Positions 59,379-64,000 of a stretch of DNA of 64,000 nt are shown in pieces. Within the stretch, counting starts at the first letter, position 1. The number at the start of each line of letters is the position of its first letter. This DNA is from Alphaproteobacteria bacterium (GTDB lineage Bacteria; Pseudomonadota; Alphaproteobacteria; Bin95), in the NCBI GenBank assembly GCA_965205265.1, contig CBDBGH010000003.1, forward strand, positions 896,001 to 960,000, read 5' to 3'. Position numbers and translations under genes: made by a program. The notes beneath the pieces were generated by a model. That model was not told the origin of the DNA and ran no database searches. It saw nothing but the letters and a program-made list of their open reading frames with translations.

Positions 59379-59788
59379 TCCTGCCGGACACGCATGCTTT
59401 CGCGCGGACGGTCGGCGGCGACCGGCGCATCGGGCCCCGCGCCCGCGCCGCCGTCGGCGAGGCGGCGTCAGGCGACGGCGTGCTGGTGTCGGCGATTACG
59501 CCCTGGGAGGTCGCGCTCCTCGTTGAGAAGGGCCGGCTCCGGCTCGGCCGCGAGGTCGGCGCCTGGCTCGAAACGGCGCTGGCCCTGCCCGGTATGATGC
59601 TGGCCCCCATCGAGCCGGCGATCGCGGTCGACAGCACCAGGCTGCCCGGCGACTTCCACGCGGACCCCGCCGACCGCCTGATCGTCGCCACGTCCCGGCA
59701 TCGCGGCGTCCCGCTGCTGACGGCGGACCGCGCCATTCTCTCCTATGCGGCGAACGGCTATCTCCACGCATTGGATGCGGCCGCATAG
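59375..59788 (+). CDS. vapC: VapC PIN-domain toxin
   Basis: DTH, SAIT.WE, H.DPADRLI.AT, LLTAD; ATGA overlap. Confidence 0.92.
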   Translation: MILPDTHAFARTVGGDRRIGPRARAAVGEAASGDGVLVSAITPWEVALLVEKGRLRLGREVGAWLETALALPGMMLAPIEPAIAVDSTRLPGDFHADPADRLIVATSRHRGVPLLTADRAILSYAANGYLHALDAAA

Positions 59789-59829
59789 CATTTGCGGCCA
59801 GTCATGCCCCCGTCTTATCCTCGCCGCCC

Positions 59830-60018
59830 ATGACCGCGCCGCGCTCCATCGCCAGCCCTTGCGTCAGGGTCTGCCGCATCTCGCCCGAGACGCAGTTTTG
59901 CGAGGGCTGCGGCCGCCGGCTCAAGGAAATCGCGGGCTGGGCCCGGATGGCGGAGGCGGAGCGCGACGCCATCATGGCCGACCTGCCCCGCAGGCTTGCC
60001 GAGGGCCCTGCGGCTTAG
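59830..60018 (+). CDS. DUF1289 family protein
   Basis: SPC..VC.I....C.GC.R...EI..W. Confidence 0.88.
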   Translation: MTAPRSIASPCVRVCRISPETQFCEGCGRRLKEIAGWARMAEAERDAIMADLPRRLAEGPAA

Positions 60019-60024
60019 GCCGGG

Positions 60025-60663
60025 TTACTCGTCGAAGGCGGCCGACAGCCGGTTCCGCAACTCTCCGGCGCCCGGCGCGCCCAGGTCCTGCGCCCGGAGC
60101 GTCCAGCGCCATGCCTCGGCCGGATCGTAAACTTCCTCCGGTCCGTTGATGCGGAGCAGCGCCAGATTGAAGGCCGCTTGCCCGATGCCGGCCCCGGCCG
60201 CGCGTGCGTAGAGTTCCGCAGCGCGGGGGGCGTTTTCGGCTTCGACCAGCCGCGCGAGGTTGAATTGCGCCTCCGCATGGCCCTCAGCCGCAGCCGCTTC
60301 GTACCAGCGTTGCGCCTCGGCCGGGTCGCGCGGCAGGCGGGGGTCGGAATCGAACAGGAGGCCGAGCCGGAACTGGGCCCGCACCTCTCCCTGCGCCGCG
60401 GCCTTGCGATACCAGCCTATCGCTTCCGACAGGCTGTTCGCTCCGCGCAGGCCCCGGTCGTGGATATAGCCGAGATAGAACTGCGCTTCCGGGTCGCCCG
60501 CCTCGGCTGCCTGTCCGTACCAGCGCATGGCATCGCCATAGGTGACAACGGGCGCAGGCATGTCTGCCGCGCCGGCCCGCGCCGACAAAAGGCAGAACAC
60601 GGCCAGAAGCCCGCACAATGCGAGGCGCGCGCCGTTCGTTCCTGCCCTTGTCGATTTTTGCAT
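60025..60663 (-). CDS. Sel1-repeat secreted protein
   Basis: signal peptide; repeated WY..AA..G...AQF.LG. Confidence 0.88.
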   Translation of the reverse strand: MQKSTRAGTNGARLALCGLLAVFCLLSARAGAADMPAPVVTYGDAMRWYGQAAEAGDPEAQFYLGYIHDRGLRGANSLSEAIGWYRKAAAQGEVRAQFRLGLLFDSDPRLPRDPAEAQRWYEAAAAEGHAEAQFNLARLVEAENAPRAAELYARAAGAGIGQAAFNLALLRINGPEEVYDPAEAWRWTLRAQDLGAPGAGELRNRLSAAFDE

Positions 60664-60909
60664 GGTTGGGGGTTCTCGCAACGCTCCCGCCCGTCCCGTT
60701 CAAGCAAAGCGGCGGGTATCCGCGAACTCGCAAGCCGGCGCAAGCCTCGACGCGCCGGAATGCGTCCCTGAGACGCATAATTGTCACAATTCGCGGAAAA
60801 CGGCCAGAGGGCCGGAGCATGCGGCAGTCCCGGCCCACTGGCAAGGAAACCCCGCTTGCGCGCCGGGGGCGGGAGACTCACAATCCCGAAACGGGAGGGG
60901 GATTCGCTC

Positions 60910-61851
60910 ATGTATGCACTGAAGGACTTCGGCAGCTTCCATGTCGGCGGCCGGACGGTGACCGTGTCCGGCCGGGAGAAACGCACCGTCGCGTTTACGC
61001 CGAGCCTGGTCCTGGAATACGACCCCAATGGCGAGTTCCTCATCGAGCAGGTCTATGTCCAGTATTTCATTCCCGCGGAGCAGACATTCCCGCATCCGCT
61101 CGTCCTGCTTCACGGCGGGGGCCTGACCGGCGCCTGCTGGGAGACCACGCCGGACGGCCGGCCCGGCTGGCTGCACGATTTCCTCCGCCAGGGCTTCGCC
61201 GTTTATGTCATCGACAATGTCGAACGCGGGCGTTCCGGCTTCTGCGCGCTCGAAGGCGTGTGGGAGGGCGAGCCGGTCATGCGGACCGCGGCCGAGGCTT
61301 GGGAGCTGTTCCGCTTCGGACGGCCCGAGGATTTCGCGGCGGGCAAACCGTTCGAGGGCCAGCGCTTCCCCCTCCAGGCGATGGAGAGCTTCCAGCGACA
61401 GTTCGTGCCCCGCTGGACCTCGACCTCCGAAGCCCAGATCCGGGGCGTCGGCGCCGCGCTCCGGCGGATCGGGCCCTGCGTTCTGGTCTGCCACAGCCAG
61501 GGCGGCTATCTCGGCAGCCAGGCAGCCATCGGGAATCCCGAGTGCATTCGCGGCGTCGTCTGTTGCGAGGGCTCGACCCTGCCCGCAGACGAGCAGGTAT
61601 CGCCGGAGACGGTGGCGGGCGGGCCGTGGCTGCTGTTGCTCGGCGATTTCATCGACTTCTCGCCGCGATGGACCGCCACGCGGGAGGCGACCGCCGCCTT
61701 CGGCGACCGGGTGAACGGCGCCGGCGGGCGGGCGGAGCTGGTCGAGCTGCCCGATGCCGGATTCCCCGGCGCCACCCACATGTTCATGATGGACGAACAC
61801 TCGGCCGGCATCTCCGAATGGCTCGGAGCCTGGATTCGGGAAAACTGCTGA
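60910..61851 (+). CDS. alpha/beta hydrolase (esterase-like)
   Basis: LHGGG.TG..WETTPDGR.GW, HSQGG nucleophile elbow, G..H..M.D. Confidence 0.88.
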   Translation: MYALKDFGSFHVGGRTVTVSGREKRTVAFTPSLVLEYDPNGEFLIEQVYVQYFIPAEQTFPHPLVLLHGGGLTGACWETTPDGRPGWLHDFLRQGFAVYVIDNVERGRSGFCALEGVWEGEPVMRTAAEAWELFRFGRPEDFAAGKPFEGQRFPLQAMESFQRQFVPRWTSTSEAQIRGVGAALRRIGPCVLVCHSQGGYLGSQAAIGNPECIRGVVCCEGSTLPADEQVSPETVAGGPWLLLLGDFIDFSPRWTATREATAAFGDRVNGAGGRAELVELPDAGFPGATHMFMMDEHSAGISEWLGAWIRENC

Positions 61852-61866
61852 GCGGCGCGGACGAGG

Positions 61867-62970
61867 CTATCCGCCGACGGCTACAAGGCCGGCATGGACA
61901 TCGAGGGTCTTGAGGCCGGAACCCGTCAGCACGAGCACCAGGTCGTCCTCCGGGATCTGCGGCAGGGCTGCGGCGACGACCGCTGAGGTCGGTTCCAGGA
62001 ACCAGCCGGACCGGGCGAGCCGACCTAAAGCGCCGAGGATCGCCTCCTCGCTCACGACGGGGATCGAGCCGCCTGTGGCCCTGACGGCGTCCGCCACCAC
62101 CTGCCCTCTGATCGGCCGCGCCGTCGCGATGCCGTCGGCCACGGTCGGCCCCCGCGGCAGGGATTGGCCGTCGAACAGGGTGCGGATGGGGGAATTGTTG
62201 GCCGCCTGCACCGCATGAAGGCGGGGCAGCGCTTCGATTTCTCCCGCCTCCTGCAATTCCCGGAAGCCGAGATAGAGGCCGAGTATGTTGGCGCCGTTGC
62301 CGCAGGGCGCGGCCACAGCGGCCGGCGCGCGGAAGCCCAGCTGCTCCCACAGCTCGAAGGCAAGTGTCTTCGTGCCTTCGAGGAAGAAGGGCTGGCGGTT
62401 GTGGCTCGCGTAGAACAGTTCCTCCGCAGCCGTGAGCGCCGCTTGCTCCACCGCGTCGCGGTCTCCCGCCACTTCCTGCAGTTCGGCCCCGGCAGCGGCG
62501 ATCTGGACCCGCTTCGCCGCCGGCGCGCCCTCGGGCACCATGATCCGTGCGCGGATTCCGGCGGCGGCGGCATAGGCGGCCACGGACGCCCCGGCATTGC
62601 CGGAACTGTCTTCCAGCAGCGCCTCCACGCCCGCCTGCTTCAGATGCGACATCATGACGGCCGTGCCCCGGTCCTTGAAAGAGCCGGTGGGCATGAGGTG
62701 CTCGCATTTGAATAGCAGCCGGCGGCCGTCCCACTCCGTCCCGACCAGCGGCGTAAAGCCCTCGCCGAGGCTCACCCGGTCCCTGTCATCCACGCGGATC
62801 GCCGCGCGGTAGCGCCAGAGGGACGGTTCGGAGCGCTCGATGTCGTCCCGCCCGAGCCCCCGGCCGGGTTCGAGGCCCAGCAGGCCGCCATCGTCCGGCG
62901 CGCGCCAGAGCGCCCGGTCTGCGGACCAACTCGCGCCGTTTCGCGGATTGATGTAGGAAGCCGCCGCCAT
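61867..62970 (-). CDS. threonine synthase-like PLP enzyme
   Basis: [42 protein letters not shown]. Confidence 0.9.
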   Translation of the reverse strand: MAAASYINPRNGASWSADRALWRAPDDGGLLGLEPGRGLGRDDIERSEPSLWRYRAAIRVDDRDRVSLGEGFTPLVGTEWDGRRLLFKCEHLMPTGSFKDRGTAVMMSHLKQAGVEALLEDSSGNAGASVAAYAAAAGIRARIMVPEGAPAAKRVQIAAAGAELQEVAGDRDAVEQAALTAAEELFYASHNRQPFFLEGTKTLAFELWEQLGFRAPAAVAAPCGNGANILGLYLGFRELQEAGEIEALPRLHAVQAANNSPIRTLFDGQSLPRGPTVADGIATARPIRGQVVADAVRATGGSIPVVSEEAILGALGRLARSGWFLEPTSAVVAAALPQIPEDDLVLVLTGSGLKTLDVHAGLVAVGG

Positions 62971-62999
62971 TCCGAGCCCTCCGTCCTGCTGCCGCCATC

Positions 63000-64000
63000 G
63001 TGAACGATCTGCGCAATATCGCCATCATCGCCCATGTGGACCACGGCAAGACGACGCTGGTGGACGGCCTGCTGCGCCAGAGCGGCGCCTTCCGTTCGAA
63101 CCAGCGGGTCGCCGAACGCGCGCTCGACTCGAATGCGCTGGAGCGCGAGCGCGGCATTACCATCCTCGCGAAATGCACCTCGGTCGAGTGGAAGGGCGTG
63201 CGCATCAATATCGTGGACACGCCCGGCCACGCCGATTTCGGCGGCGAGGTGGAGCGGGTGCTCGGCATGGTGGACGGCTGCCTCCTGCTCGTCGATGCCT
63301 CCGAGGGGCCGATGCCGCAGACGAAATTCGTGCTGGCCAAGGCGCTGGCGGCCGGGCTTGCGCCCATCGTCGTGGTCAACAAGGTGGACAAGCCGGATGC
63401 GCGCCCCTTCGAGGTCCAGGACGAGACCTTCGACCTCTTCGCCGCGCTGGATGCCAATGAACGCCAGCTCGACTTCCCGACCCTGTTCGCCTCCGCCAAG
63501 GAAGGCTGGGCGGCAACAGCGCCGGAGGGGCCGCGCGAGGGGCTCGGTCCGCTGTTCGACACGATACTGGAGCAGGTGCCGGCGCCCCGCGCCGCTCCCG
63601 ACGGGCCGTTCGCCATGGCGGCGGCCATTCTGGAGTCGGACCCCTTTCTCGGGCGGGTCCTCACCGGCCGGATCGAAAGCGGCGGGATCGGCGCAAACCG
63701 GACGGTCCATGCGCTCCGGCCCGGCGACGGCGTCGTGGAGCGCGCCCGCACGACCCGCCTGCTGGCTTTCCGGGGCCTCAGCCGCGTGCCGGTCGAGCGC
63801 GCGGCTGCGGGCGACATCGTTGCGGTCGCCGGGCTCCAGACGGCGACCGTCGCGGACACGCTGGCCGCGCCCGAGGTCGTGCAGCCGCTTCCCGCCCGGC
63901 CCATCGACCCGCCGACCCTGGCGCTCACCCTTTCCGTCAACGATTCGCCGCTCGCCGGGCAGGACGGCGACAGGCTGACCTCGCGGGAGCTCCGCGCCCG
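63000..64000 (+). CDS. typA: translational GTPase TypA/BipA (3' truncated; absent from ORF track)
   Basis: [53 protein letters not shown]. Confidence 0.95.
   Translation, partial: MNDLRNIAIIAHVDHGKTTLVDGLLRQSGAFRSNQRVAERALDSNALERERGITILAKCTSVEWKGVRINIVDTPGHADFGGEVERVLGMVDGCLLLVDASEGPMPQTKFVLAKALAAGLAPIVVVNKVDKPDARPFEVQDETFDLFAALDANERQLDFPTLFASAKEGWAATAPEGPREGLGPLFDTILEQVPAPRAAPDGPFAMAAAILESDPFLGRVLTGRIESGGIGANRTVHALRPGDGVVERARTTRLLAFRGLSRVPVERAAAGDIVAVAGLQTATVADTLAAPEVVQPLPARPIDPPTLALTLSVNDSPLAGQDGDRLTSRELRA

Noticed and set aside
59142-59788. Phd-VapC pair as a novel system
   Set aside because: Ordinary type II TA with canonical PIN acidic residues and operator

Overview
High-GC alphaproteobacterial (Rhodospirillales-like, probably marine) chromosomal segment with about 70 densely packed CDSs. 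Core genes include ccmABC, apt, msbA-DUF374-waaA-lpxK, fbaB, leuB, plsY-dprA-topA-rnr, typA and a tRNA-Arg(CCT). Accessory content includes two ABC importers, a CueR copper module, F420 genes (npdG/fno, cofE, cofD), a DddL-type DMSP lyase, a TAT-less reductive-dehalogenase-like protein, two probable toxin-antitoxin pairs, a REP/MITE array and three different IS630 elements stacked end-to-end on shared CTAG sites. The main hidden signal is an AhpD-like gene split by the ORF track at an in-frame TGA (C-V-Y-U) followed by a bacterial SECIS-like hairpin. It is probably a 360-aa selenoprotein heading an operon with AtuA-like and DUF4387 genes. Family assignments come from recalled motifs, not database searches; start codons were chosen by eye.
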